DNA of 64,000 nucleotides from an uncultured Flavobacteriaceae bacterium (GTDB lineage Bacteria; Bacteroidota; Bacteroidia; Flavobacteriales; Flavobacteriaceae): NCBI GenBank assembly GCA_947488435.1, contig CANKZG010000001.1, positions 734,308 to 798,307 of the forward strand, read 5' to 3'. Shown piece by piece: positions 38,297 to 51,600 of this stretch (position 1 is its first letter; each line of letters starts with the position of its first letter). The notes under the pieces were generated by a model. It saw only the letters and a program-made list of their open reading frames with translations, ran no database searches and was not told where the DNA came from. The position numbers and the translations under genes were made by a program.

Positions 38297-40450
38297 TTAC
38301 CTCTTGATTGTTACTCTTATAGATTTTTGAATGGGAAGTTTATTGGTATTGTGTTTCAGAAACTCTGTCAAAAGTGTTTCATCCGAAAACCACTTTCCGT
38401 GTTTTAACTTTTCGATTTTAATGAGCTTGCCAGAAGCATCGAAACTAATTCGAAGTGCAGCATTATTTTTTAAATACTCCTTTATTACCTTGCTGTATAA
38501 AGCTCTTACTGCCATCTTAATTTTGCGCTTTTTAGACTGCAGCATTTGCTTGTCAATTGCAATCGTATAGCTTTTTTTATAGGCAACTTTAGCATTTACC
38601 TCAGCGGCGGCGCCTATGGCAGCACTTCCTACATGAAGCGGTAAAGGCAATGGTTGTTGCACACTTTTTAATTTTCCATTATCATTTACACGTTGTTCAT
38701 CCACAGCAACAAAGGAGGTATACTTACTCATTAAATTATAACGTATCCCCAGATCAATCACCTCTTGCTTTACATCTTCATAAAATAAGTTACCATAGTC
38801 ATCTAGCTCAGCAATTTTTTTTCGTGCCCATAGATAGCGTAGCGCCTTATTTTTTTTGCTCAATTTACCTTCAGCAACTTGATATTCATGTTTAAATTTC
38901 TTCTTCCCGTGATACCCGGTTAAGGTCAATTCACCTTGCGGTTTTCCTCTATACTTTCCATAAACAACCACAGGTCGAGCTGCAAAAACATCCGGAATAC
39001 TTGCCGGTTCAACATCATAAATTTCAAATCCTTTGGCCTTTAATTTTACTTGGGTAAGCAGCGGTGTAGCAATGTAAGTTTTGAACGCTGACGCCACTTT
39101 ATTCGCCTCCGAAAGATTTGTTGCTATAAAAGCTTCACTTTGCGCCACTTTGGCCATGCCTTCAATAAGATACCTATTCACGCCAGAACCAATACCAAAT
39201 GTAAATACGTTAGCCTCATTCAAATGATTGCGAATCAATTCAAAAGCCTCTTTTTCCACACTTACGTAACCATCAGTTATAATCACCATAGAACGTGCAT
39301 TCCCTTCATCTTTTCGTGGCAATTTATAGGCCTGTTCCAAAGCGTCTAGTAGTTGGGTTCCGCCACCTCCTTGACCGCTAGTTAAAAAGCCAATAGCAGC
39401 TTCGATATTTTTAGTATTTGCTGCCACTGGGGTAGTGCTAAACATGGTAGAGCTAGAGGCAAAAAGTTGTACGTTAAAGGTGTCTGTAGGCTCAAGATTA
39501 CACAATAGATTCCGCATGAGTTTTTTGGAAACATCAAGCGGGTATCCATTCATAGAACCAGAGACATCTACAATAAAAAGATACTCACGCTCTGGGATGT
39601 CTTCGGGTTTTACTGTAATGCTTGGCTCCATTAAATATGCAAAGAAGTTCTCATCTTCATGCTCATAGAGTAGCAAACCCGATTGTATATTATTTCCCCT
39701 TAGATTATAATTTAAAATAAAATCGCGGTTGGCTGGGTTAGGATTAGATTTAGACAAAAATACCTCAGCTGTTTTTGCATTAGGGTAGTTTACATTTATT
39801 TTATGAGAAGTACTATTTATACCCTGTATTAACATTCCGGCATTGATGGTAAGTGTTAAATCATAATCAAATGTAGCTGCTATTCCTTCCGCCGTATGAG
39901 GGTTATGAAATACGGTCTCGTGTTTTCCATTTTCTCCTGTAAATCTAGGGCCAACCACACCGGGGGCAACAAACTGATAATTCCCTTTTTTGGGCACTAA
40001 AAGTTCGGTATAAGAAATGGTAATATACAGTTCGTCGTTTGGCATAATGTTTCCGACATTTATTTGAAATATATTGGGGCGTTCCTGATCTAGTTTTGCT
40101 GCTCGTTTCCCCTCAGCTATTGCCTCGTTATATACTTTTTGAGCCTTTTGTTTTTCAAATATTTTAGCATTAATGGTACGATCTCCTATACGCATTTGCA
40201 TTTGATGCACTGCAGCACGAATAGATAAGGGAAATACATATTTGGCTTCTAGTGCCTGTTGTCCTTTATTATAATATACTTGGGTAAGCGTTACATGGGC
40301 TATAGTTCCTGAAATTTGAACATCAGTAGAAGAGGATTTTAAAGGGATTACTGCATCTTCGGAAGTTACTAAGAGATAGGGGCTGTCGGATGCTTGTCCA
40401 AAGCCCTGCAGTGAAATGCTTAAAAGGAATAGGGTTACAAATAGTTTCAT
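38297..40450 (-). CDS. VIT + von Willebrand factor type A domain protein
   Basis: 717 aa; signal peptide, VIT-like N-domain, vWA MIDAS motif DVSGSMNG. Confidence 0.7.
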   Translation of the reverse strand: MKLFVTLFLLSISLQGFGQASDSPYLLVTSEDAVIPLKSSSTDVQISGTIAHVTLTQVYYNKGQQALEAKYVFPLSIRAAVHQMQMRIGDRTINAKIFEKQKAQKVYNEAIAEGKRAAKLDQERPNIFQINVGNIMPNDELYITISYTELLVPKKGNYQFVAPGVVGPRFTGENGKHETVFHNPHTAEGIAATFDYDLTLTINAGMLIQGINSTSHKINVNYPNAKTAEVFLSKSNPNPANRDFILNYNLRGNNIQSGLLLYEHEDENFFAYLMEPSITVKPEDIPEREYLFIVDVSGSMNGYPLDVSKKLMRNLLCNLEPTDTFNVQLFASSSTMFSTTPVAANTKNIEAAIGFLTSGQGGGGTQLLDALEQAYKLPRKDEGNARSMVIITDGYVSVEKEAFELIRNHLNEANVFTFGIGSGVNRYLIEGMAKVAQSEAFIATNLSEANKVASAFKTYIATPLLTQVKLKAKGFEIYDVEPASIPDVFAARPVVVYGKYRGKPQGELTLTGYHGKKKFKHEYQVAEGKLSKKNKALRYLWARKKIAELDDYGNLFYEDVKQEVIDLGIRYNLMSKYTSFVAVDEQRVNDNGKLKSVQQPLPLPLHVGSAAIGAAAEVNAKVAYKKSYTIAIDKQMLQSKKRKIKMAVRALYSKVIKEYLKNNAALRISFDASGKLIKIEKLKHGKWFSDETLLTEFLKHNTNKLPIQKSIRVTIKR

Positions 40451-40724
40451 AGTGTTCTTATTTTATGTTCTCGGTATTTTCAAACCAAATGTAGTAACAG
40501 GGTAAACCCATCTTAAGGGTATTCTAGAATTCGTAGTTGTTTTTGTAGAATTCGTCAAACACATTGAATTTAAAACCCCTTGCATTGCATAGGGTATCTC
40601 CAAAATACTTCTCTGCGTTCAAGTTTTAACGGTAACAGATCATATTTTCAAAAAAGTCAAAAAAGATGGGTAACAAATTGTGTGAAGCTAAATAAGTGTA
40701 TACAACGAACACTATTATTTACCT

Positions 40725-42626
40725 ATGAAAAAAATTACTTTCCTATCCTTATTATTTGTTGTTTTCTTTAATATCACACTCCGTAGTCAAAAACAACAGG
40801 CTTTTGAGAAAAGCAAGATTTGGTTGAATGGCAAGCCAACTATATCCAATAATTCCAAAGAGAAAGACGATGGTGAACTGCCAAAATCGTATTTCAATTT
40901 TAACCCGACAGTTATATTAGAAAAGGCAGATAGTGAATTTAAAAATATGCTAGATGAGTATTTTTCTCTGTTTGTAGTTTTTAAATCCAACCCCGAAATA
41001 GAAAATACTGTTTTCGAGCTTACTTCAAAAAAGTATCGTGCCAGTGTTTCTAATACGTATGCAAATCCTGAAAATGAAATAGGTTACGATCGGGCCAACA
41101 TAGGAAAAGGGGTTATACTCTCCTACACTACAAAAATTGAGAACTACTCTAGAAAGAATAGGCTTTCTTTTAAGAATTTCTCTGATGCAATTCTACAGGA
41201 TTACAAAGGAAACCAATTGATGGAGGTACTCTATTTTCCTAAAATAGTAAACCCCCTGGAAAAGGAGAAAATTGAAACTTATTTGTCTATCAAGCATGGT
41301 ATTAGTCTTATTGGTGAAAAGAATTATATCACAAATCAAAATGATACGATCTGGAATTTCAAGAACAATAAGCAATTCAATAATCGAATTACGGGTATTG
41401 GGAAGGACAGTGTATTTGGGCTTTTTCAGAAGCAGTCTGCCAATTCACAAAAAGATGGTTTAACTATTGGCCTCGGCAAAATTGATAGCACAAATCATTT
41501 GAATGCATCCGAAATTGAAAATGAAACCTTTTTGCTCTGGGGTGATAATAACAAAGAACTGCTATTTCGAAAAAAAGAAAACACTTCAATCTTATTCATG
41601 GATCGCATTTGGCAAACACAGCAAAGTACAAAAAAGTCAAAAGAAAAAATTACCACACAGATTCGTATAGACAAAAGAGCAATGGGGTTGCAACAAAACG
41701 AGAAGCAGGCAAATATAATGTGGTTAGTAATAGACCCTCATGCCAGTTCTAAATTTGACTATGACAATGCTAAATACTACAAACAATCTAATAGTAAAGA
41801 CCATCTTGTGTATTTTGATGCTATCCAGTGGGAATATACCAATAAAGACTCAAGCCAATTTACATTTGTAGAAGCTCCAGAATTTTTTGCGCTTCAAACG
41901 ATTGACACTCCAGACTGTCCTGATGAAGTTGGCGCTCTAGTCTCCCTAAAAATGATCGGAGGAAGTTATCCCTATACCATTGAGGTTTCAGACAACGCTA
42001 ATAAAATTACGCACACAAGCACTACTGACACCTATAACTTTCCGTTAGCATCAGGCACCTATAATGTAGACATTACAGATAATGATAATAGGTCATACGC
42101 CGAAACCATTACCATAAAAAAAACACCTAATGGGCAAGTAAGCTTGGCTCCCGTATGGCATCTAAATCGTCAGGGGGAGGTTGTTGTAATTCCTGAAATA
42201 GAAGCAGATTCAACAAGTGATTTGCAATTTGCATGGTATAATGAAAAGGAAACATTTATATCCAACCAAAGACAACTAACTACTTCTAATCCGGGGAACT
42301 ATAGCCTTGTTATCACCTCATCTCCTGGTTGTGAAAAACGAGTTCCATTTGTTGTGGAAGAACCAGATTCCTTATTTACAAATGGGTTAAAACTGTATCC
42401 GAATGCTAGTAAGAGTTACGAACCTTTCACGATTTCCTTTGAACTAAAAAAACGTTCCGCTGTTACCGTAAGTGTTTTTAACACCCAAGGGCAACTTATC
42501 AAAACCAGAGCCTTAAGCAATATTAAAAATGTTGACTTTCAGGAAAGCATTGGCCAACCCGGTATGTACTTCGTGGTTGTAGAAAGCAACGGTATTAAAA
42601 ACAGCTTTCGTCTTCTCATTAAATAA
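40725..42626 (+). CDS. secreted protein with C-terminal T9SS (Por) sorting domain
   Basis: 633 aa; signal peptide; C-terminal ~80 aa beta-sandwich CTD ending ...GMYFVVVESNGIKNSFRLLIK. Confidence 0.6.
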   Translation: MKKITFLSLLFVVFFNITLRSQKQQAFEKSKIWLNGKPTISNNSKEKDDGELPKSYFNFNPTVILEKADSEFKNMLDEYFSLFVVFKSNPEIENTVFELTSKKYRASVSNTYANPENEIGYDRANIGKGVILSYTTKIENYSRKNRLSFKNFSDAILQDYKGNQLMEVLYFPKIVNPLEKEKIETYLSIKHGISLIGEKNYITNQNDTIWNFKNNKQFNNRITGIGKDSVFGLFQKQSANSQKDGLTIGLGKIDSTNHLNASEIENETFLLWGDNNKELLFRKKENTSILFMDRIWQTQQSTKKSKEKITTQIRIDKRAMGLQQNEKQANIMWLVIDPHASSKFDYDNAKYYKQSNSKDHLVYFDAIQWEYTNKDSSQFTFVEAPEFFALQTIDTPDCPDEVGALVSLKMIGGSYPYTIEVSDNANKITHTSTTDTYNFPLASGTYNVDITDNDNRSYAETITIKKTPNGQVSLAPVWHLNRQGEVVVIPEIEADSTSDLQFAWYNEKETFISNQRQLTTSNPGNYSLVITSSPGCEKRVPFVVEEPDSLFTNGLKLYPNASKSYEPFTISFELKKRSAVTVSVFNTQGQLIKTRALSNIKNVDFQESIGQPGMYFVVVESNGIKNSFRLLIK

Positions 42627-42661
42627 AAACATTTCAAAACTAATCTCCAGACTAAAAAACA

Positions 42662-45600
42662 TTGTATATGAACACTAATCCCATTTTTAAAACCAATCCT
42701 CGTTTCAAGAAATTTGCGTATCGTACCATGGTATTCATTACCATGCACTGGTGTTTTCTAGCACCTAATCAACCTATTTTCGCTGCTTTTTTTGAAGTGC
42801 ATAACATCAGCGTAAATAGTTTAATCGATCTCTTTTCCGAAGATCCAGTAATTAAAGTGGCTAGTGAGGTTCTTGAAACAAGTGAAAGTGAAAATCCCGT
42901 GGAAACATTCACCAATCCTACTCATAGTACATCTAAAAACTCCAAAACATCGAAGTCAGAAAAAGCACTTAATTCCAATCAGGATAGGGTTTTTAAAGCA
43001 GATATTAATGAGGGAATTATAGGGTTGTCTGCTAAAGTTCCCCTAGATAATCCTATAGATAATTTGTTTCAGGTGTCTGTAGATAAGGTCTCTGAAATTA
43101 GTGAAAACGACCGTGTTTTTCTTAATTATGAACTGTATGGCGCGTATAACCACAACGGGGTTTCGAGAAGCATTAATGGAAGAAGAGCTCAGGGAGGGTA
43201 TGTAACAAAAGAACACTCCGAATGGTCTGTTCAAACCGAAGAGATTGATAAAAATTGGTTGAAAGAAGGGGTAAACGAAATTTTGTTTACTATTCCTAAG
43301 AATGCATTCCATCAATATAAAATACGTAACCTAAGTATTCAGGTTAAAAAAGAAAATCCTAATGTAATACACCCTTTACTCGTTATTACTAACAAGGACA
43401 TTAGGCTTCAAAAAGAAGGTCGTATCTATATCAAAGGTTTTGTGAAAGGCGCTTCAGATGATGTAAAGGTATTTGTGGGTCAAACAGCCATGCACACCTT
43501 TCAAAATTCGTTTGAAGGTTGGGTTTCTTTGGATGATATTTCCAATCAGAATAATTTTCTTGTGGTAAAAGCAATCGATGCCAACGGTCTGTTAGGTCAG
43601 GAACTTCTGCTTATAAACGACCATTTAATCAATGCAGATACCGGTTATTCTGTTGAAAAGAAAAGTGAAAGTCCTTTGTCAATTACATTGCAAAGCGTTA
43701 AAGACACCCTTAGCAGCACGGTTCCTTTCTCTGCTACTTCCTTGCGATTTGTAGATACAGCTCCGTTAACATCCGGAATACGCAATGTTACTAAAGGAGG
43801 TAGTGCCTATCGGGTAGTGTCAAAAAAAATACGTTCCGCGGATACCTTACAAATTACCATTCCATATGACAGTTTGGCCATCCCTGCAGGATATACCGTT
43901 CATGATATCAAGACCTTTTACTTTAATACAACCAAAAAAAGCTGGTTAGCACTAAAAAAAGATAGTCTGGATATTCAAAATAACCGGATTACCTCTTTTG
44001 TCACCACTGCTAAAAAGAATGGAGGAACTGATTATATCAACGGCATAATCCAAACACCTGAAAGTCCAACGAGCAGTTCATTTACTCCCACCATGATGAA
44101 TGATATTCAGGCGGTAAACCCCTCTGCAGCAATGACGCTTATAGCTCCTCCAACAGCCTCTCAACGTGGTGATGCCAATATTTCCTACCCTATTCGAATT
44201 CCGGGAGGAAGAAATGGTATGCAACCTTCAGTTGCCTTACAATACAGTAATGAAGGAGGCAATGGCTGGTTAGGTATGGGATGGAACTTAACAACACCCA
44301 GAATTACCATAGATACGCGTTGGGGAACACCTCAATTTACACCTGGTAAAGAAAGTGAAATATACACTGTTAACGGAGAAATGTTGATGTATCCAGATAA
44401 CTTTCTTCCACATCGACATCAGGGCGAGGATCCTTCTGATTTTAGCACCACTCCACAATCGCGAAACACTAGCGGCACTAAAATATTTACGCCCAGAAAA
44501 CAAGGTAGTTTTGCCCAAGTGGAACGTTTTGGAAACAACCCCACAACCTATTATTGGAAAGTTACGGATGCCTATGGTACGGTAAGTTGGTATGGAGGGG
44601 ATAGCAGCGGGATTATGGAAAATAGCATTGTTCGGGACGACAACAATAATGTAAGCTGTTGGGCTTTGTTTCTGGTGGAAGATGTGTTTGGTAATACCAT
44701 GAAATATAGCTACACCAATACCACGTTTAACGTTGGAGGAAGCAATAATTTAAATGGAGGTACGGTTTTTTACCCAAATCGCATTCTTTATACAGGTTAT
44801 CAGGATAGCGATGGAAACTATTCCGTTGATTTTGAAACCAGCAATACGGTAAAAGAAGATGCTTCTATTGACGGTCGTCTTGGACTCAAGTGGATTGACC
44901 CATATCTATTAGAACATATTGAAGTGAAATACCAGGGGAATTTAATTCGCTCTTACGATCTCAATTATTCCTTAGGGCGCTTCACTAAAAATCTATTGCA
45001 ATCGGTCACCGAACGGGATAAAGAAGGGAATGAATTTTATACCCATGATTTTGAGTATTATGATGATGTTGCTGATAATGATGATGCCTTGTATACCTCT
45101 CCTGTCTTAATAGATATTCCCGAGTTGGGAACCAGTTTTGCCAATAATTTTGGGAATATATTATTGAATAAATCGGCAATTAATTCTAGTGAAACCATTG
45201 AAACGGGCTATAATGCAAGCGTATCTGCAGGAGTAGAAATTAGACCGGTTGTTCACTCTCAGAATAAGAGAAATAACCTTACCATAGGCGCTCCTTTTGG
45301 AGAAAATTCGTTTCGAAACAAAGGAAAGATATCGCTTACGGATATTAATGGCGATGGTATAGATGACGTAGTGTATAGAACGACTAGTGGTTTAGAGTTT
45401 TTACCAGGAAAACTTATCACTATTCCAGATGGAGATACTGATTTTATAAATGATTTTGAGGATGATCCTGTACAAATTAACAACGCCTCTGATTTTTATA
45501 GAAGTAAGGGGTTTTCTAAAACTGTATTTGGTGAATCGTATGAAATTTATGCAGGTATAGGGCAATTAGGCTTTTTTGGAGCAACTAAACGGATTAAAAC

Positions 45601-48600
45601 TCGTTCAGAATCCAATGTCTATTTTACCGATGGCAATGGCGATGATCTTATAGATATTGTAAGTGATGAAGTGGTCTATTTTAACACTATAGACTCTGAT
45701 ACAGGTGAACCTACATTTGTTTCAACCAGTGAGGATACAGAAAATATGGTCATTACAGCTTCAGGAATAGGGGAACCTACAGATCCAGATCCAGACCTAG
45801 ATGAAGATCCAGAGCTTGAACAGAGGCTATTGGATTTTGACGCCGTACGTATGTGGATTGCACCTTATGAAGGTACCATTAAAATTGAAGGTAAAATTCG
45901 AAGATTTGGAGGAGGCCCGACAATGTTTACTATTGAAACGGCTACCGAAGATTTTAATAATAACGAACCTTTTAGAATCTTTGCTGAAGAATTGCCAAAC
46001 TCAAGCAATGCAATTAGTCTAACCCATTATGATAATGACGCTCCTTTAGGTATCAATACTTCTTCTACTATAGATGTACAGCAAGGGCAGCGTATTTTTT
46101 TTAGAATACATACCAATGATTCTAACCCAGTAATACAATCAGAACTAAGTGTTGAGTATGTATTGTCTCCTATAACAACTGACGAAAATGGGTTAAGCTT
46201 AAAAAATTATATTCAAATTGATGATTTTGTTGTTAATGATAATAATGGATTTACCTATCCTAGTATAGGTGCTGCAACAATTAATTTTCCCACTATCGAT
46301 GCTAGCGGAGCCAGTGATGAGACAACCTTTAGGATAACTCAAGCCATCTTTAATACAGCTGGTGATCAGATTGGATTTGTCACTATATTAGATAAAACGA
46401 TTTTCCCAGGGCAAACAAATGCGACGGTTAGTACTGTAGATATAGATAATCAACCTCAGGAAATTACTAATGATGATCAAACTTCCACACTTAGCTTTGA
46501 GGTGCTTTCTAATAGTAATTCATATATCTGGAGTGGTTATGGATGGGCACCTACGGTTACGTTTACTCCTAATGAAGGAGATGAATTTACTAAACATATC
46601 GTACCCGACCTCTCTATATATAGGGCAAGTAAAAGTAGTGCGACCTATACAGAGGTACTTCATGTTGATAATTGGAATACTCCTCCTTCGGGTGCTATCA
46701 ATGTAGGAGTTCAACCTCTTATTATTACTGGGTCTCCTTCTCCTTTTAATAGCAATGATAATGGAGAGTTTCGTTTTATAGTAAAGAGAAGAAACAATGA
46801 TGTTAGCGAGGTAGTAGGCAAACGATTAATCACAATAGAAAATGGGGTCATCTCTATAGATGATACAACGCCTATAGCAAATATCTTTCAGGGAAATCTA
46901 TCTACCACAACAGACCCAGATCTTACGCATTTTTATATGGGTTTCTATGCCAATGGCGTTACCAATAAAGCTTTGGTAAAAAAGTACCTAGAAGCGACAC
47001 AAATTTCAGGAACAGGTGCTAGTATAGAAATCAGTTATAACTTTTCTGATCCTTCGGCTTCATATACGACCAATGCAATAGAATTTTATAATGATGAGTA
47101 CCCACATTTAGGGCCTCTACATAGAGGGTGGGGCCATTTTTTTTATAATGAAAATTATGATGGCGGAGAACAGTTAGGTGATAATATAGGAAATTTGATC
47201 AATCAAGATATTGTGGATAATCCACAACTTACAAATGAATTTAATTTAGGAGGCGATTGCCCGCAAGATGAAAATTATGCAGACTGTGTGAATGAGACTT
47301 TAGGTATTCCTACGGATGTAGATACAGAGTTTACCCAAGAAGATTTAGAAGCACTTTTTACTACATTGGCCGATAGTGGTTTCCAACTCCCAGAAATTAA
47401 TTTTATCCCCGTCACAGCGCAACGTACAGGTATAGAAAGTGCTAGTATAAGATGGGTAGGATTAAGTAATGATCATTATTTTACACCACATAGAATGAGA
47501 AATGTAAATTTTGCAAGCCCTAGTGGTGGGAATAATGATGGAGGTGGGAATAGTGGCCCTTTTAGTGGTATTATTCAAGAAGATGATCAAGATGGGAATT
47601 GGGAAGCTATGAATCTCAACACAGGGATGCATGCGGTAAATAAAAAGCAAGCAAGTTCTACACGGACCTTTGCAGGAGGATTTGGTCCATTAGCTTTAAA
47701 TATAAGTAAAAGCGATAATGAAGGTAACGGTTATAGTCGTGTGATATCAGAATTTAGAGATATTAATGGCGACCGTTATCCCGATCCTGTATTTCCAAAT
47801 CAAGCAGTGGTATCCAATATGACAGGAGGTCATACATCAGGGTTTATAAATCATAATACAGGATACCCCTCTGTAATGGATACTCAAAATCAAGCCATAT
47901 CTATTTCCGGAACAACAGCAGATTTCAGGAATGACCAATCCAATGCAAGTAGCAATGTCACTATAAGGCAATCAAAAACAGGTAAAGGGAGTATTACAAC
48001 AACTAACGTAGGGCCTCTTGATGCTTCTATTGGAATAAGTGTTAATGTAGGAAATAATAATGGAAGTAGAGAAGAAGCTATATTTATGGACGTTAATGGA
48101 GATGGTTTACCCGATAGAATTGTTGAAAATCAGGGGGGTTATAGATATCAACTCAATAAAGGAGGGTTCAATTTGAGTGATAGTCCATTAGAAATATATA
48201 CAAATCTTAATGTAGGTGTTTCCGAACCTTCGACTCTTAACTTGAGTGCTGGCTTTGGAGAGGGTGTAAATTTTGCAACATCATTTATTGATCAAGCTGG
48301 AGATTTATCACAAATATTTGGAGGTGCATTTTCATTTAATGCAGGGCTTAGTGGGTCTAGTAGTACAACACGATCAACATTACTGGACATTAATGGAGAT
48401 GGTCTTACTGATATATTGGTAACCAATGGAAGTACGAGTCAAGTACTGTTTAATAACGGGCAATACTTTGGTAGTCCTCAAACCCTCACAGTAAGTAGTG
48501 CTAGTCTTTCAGCTCCTAATCTGCACAAAGATGCGAGAAGTAGAGGGGCGTCAGCTTCTATCCAGGGTTCCTTATATTTTGGATTTCCAGTTTGTTGTAT

Positions 48601-51600
48601 ATTGCCTATCGCTCATGTTAAATTTGGTGCTACGCTAGGTGGTAGCATGAGTCTATCCATAGCAGATACACAAGAGGTATTTAAAGATTTTAACGGGGAT
48701 GGCTTTACTGATTATGTGCAGGAGAATGGAAATGATCTTAGGGTTTTCTATTCGGCAATTGGGCGTACCAACAAGCTTAAATCGGTACAAAACCCATTAG
48801 GAGGGTCTTTTATAGTTGATTACGAGGCACAAGCCAAAAGTTATAACAACCCTAATGCCAAATGGGTATTAAAAAGTGTTTTGGTGAATGACGGTTACGA
48901 TCTGGTGAACGACGGAGAAGAAGAATACCTCACCGAATTTAGCTACGAAAATGCGCGGTACGATCGCCGAGAACGGGAGTTTTATGGTTTTGAAAAAGTA
49001 CTTGTTTTTGATTATCAGGAGGATTTGGAAACAGTCTATAGAACCACGGTTTCCTTATATCACAATGACAGTTATTTTCTTGGTGGTTTAATGAAAGAAT
49101 CTTATGTATTAAAAGGTGCGGATACCGATCTGGTTTCCTTTCCTCCCGCAAATATATTTTCACGGACCCATAATTTTTATACCATTTATGGATTGGAAGC
49201 GGACAATCAGCATATTGATTTAGCAGCTGAACTTCCAGAAGATTTTGATACTGGTGGACGGGAAGGAAGAGGCACCGCTTCGGTACTGCTTACAAAAACA
49301 GAAACGGAAGTATATGAACTCACCGAGGATCCCATTGTTTCGCGTACCGAAATGGTCTATGACGGTCTGGGGCGGGTACACGAATACCTCAACTTTGGAG
49401 ATATTACCGATCCTTCGCATGACTTTACCTCAACCATTACCTATCACGAAAATCCGGATTTACTTGGTAAGAACCTTATTCAAATTCCAGAAAAAATACA
49501 GGTGCATATCGGGAGTACCTTAAAAAGAGAACGGATAAGCTCTAATATCGATTCAAACACCGGAACTATTGGTCGCATATCGGCAAAAATTGATGCTACT
49601 ACCAATGCCATTACAGATATGGAATATGATGCGTTTGGCAACCTACAGAAAGTGACTTATCCGGAAAATCTGCACGGGGAACGCATGTTTTATGACTATA
49701 CGTATGACTCAACTGAAAATAAATATCTGATTGAAACCACTGATGCCTACGGCTATACCTCCAAAATGCTTTACGATTACGAGTTTGATACGCTCATAGA
49801 AACGGAGGACATCGCTGGAAACAAAATGAATTACGAATACGATCTTTTTGCGCGAACAACTCGTATTATTGGCCCCAAAGAGCAGGGTAATACCGATGCT
49901 TTTACCATTAAATACCAGTACTTTACCGAGTATGATCAGCTTAGCGGTATTGCTCAGATTGATTCGGATAACTTTATGCCAGTATCAGTAACCTCGCATT
50001 ACGATGTGCAAAATCCGGAAAACCCCATTGAAACTTATACATTTATTGATGGCTTGTCTCGTGCAGTACAGGTAAAAAAAGATATTCGCTTTAGTCCAAA
50101 TACGGTTACCGGCGGAGGAACAAGCGACGAACGCATGTCTATCTCGGGAAAAACCACCTATGATCACTTAGGAAGAAGTATTAAAGTATACCATCCCTGG
50201 CATGAGGAAAAGGATATCAACACCAATTTTGAGGTAAACAATTACGAGGAAATTACCTTTTTCTCCGAAACACGCTACGATGAGCTAGATCGCAGTATAC
50301 AAACTATCGATGCTGCCAGCAGTGATGCGTTTATGGAATATACAGTTGAAGATGGATTGCACAAAACCACATCTATTGTAGACCAAAACGACTCAGGTCA
50401 AATTATCTCACACAGTTTTGAAGATGCGATGGGTCGTATAGTGCAAAGTACTCAAGTTGGTCCTGATGGAGACTTAACTACAACCTTTGCTTACAACGCT
50501 ATCAATGAAAGGGAGAGCTATACCGATGCGGATGCACTTACTACAACATTTACTTATGACCTACTGGGACGTAAAACACAAAAAGTACATCCGGATAGTG
50601 GTACTTCAGGCTATAGCTACGATCAGGCTAGCAATCTCATTCAATTGCACAACCAGCGCCTATTAGATGCTGGAACTACCATTGACTATGACTATGAATA
50701 CACCCGTCCCATAGCTACTATATATCCGGGACAAGAAAATATTTCCAATGTCATCCTGGAATATGGCGGGCCTACGGAAGGAAATAATACTGGAAGGGTT
50801 ATCATGCAACAAGATGCTACAGGAATTCAAGAGTTTAGTTATGGTAATATGGGGGAACTGGAATATAATAGTCGAACGGTAGTAGGTCCTAATATTCCCG
50901 TACGTAACTACGAAACCAGATTCCTTTACGATAGTTGGAACCGATTAATTCAACTCACTTATCCTGATGGAGAACAAGTGAATTACACCTACGATCATGG
51001 AGGAAGTTTAAAGGAATTGACAGGGGAGGTAAATGGTCAACCTTACCCTTACATCAAGGATATTCAATACGATCATTATGAACAAACCACGCAAATGCTC
51101 AATGGAAACGGAACACAAACCACCTATACTTATACGCCTGAATTACGTCGTTTAAACAATCTTAAGTTAATTGATGGGCAAAATAATGTTCTACTGGATA
51201 ACACCTACGCTTATGATAAGGTTCGTAACGTAACTGGAATACAAAATAGCGCCGGATTTGGAAACGAACATCAAATGGGAGGAAACTATAGACATGCCTA
51301 TAGCTATGACATTTTAAATCGATTAACTAAAGCGGAAGGCAGATATAGAGGAAATGGTATTGCTCAAAATGGGACTGGCAATGATTTTCAGAGTACTTAT
51401 AACCTCAGCATGCAATATAACAATACCCATGGTATTGCTCAGAAAACCCAAAAACATATAAAAAACACAAATGCGGTTGTACAAAATAGCTACGACAGGG
51501 AATACCGCTATCAAGAGGGTACACATCGGGTCATTAAAATAGAGGATCCTGGTGTCGGTTATACTCAACAGCTTAGCTATGACGTCAATGGGAATACCCA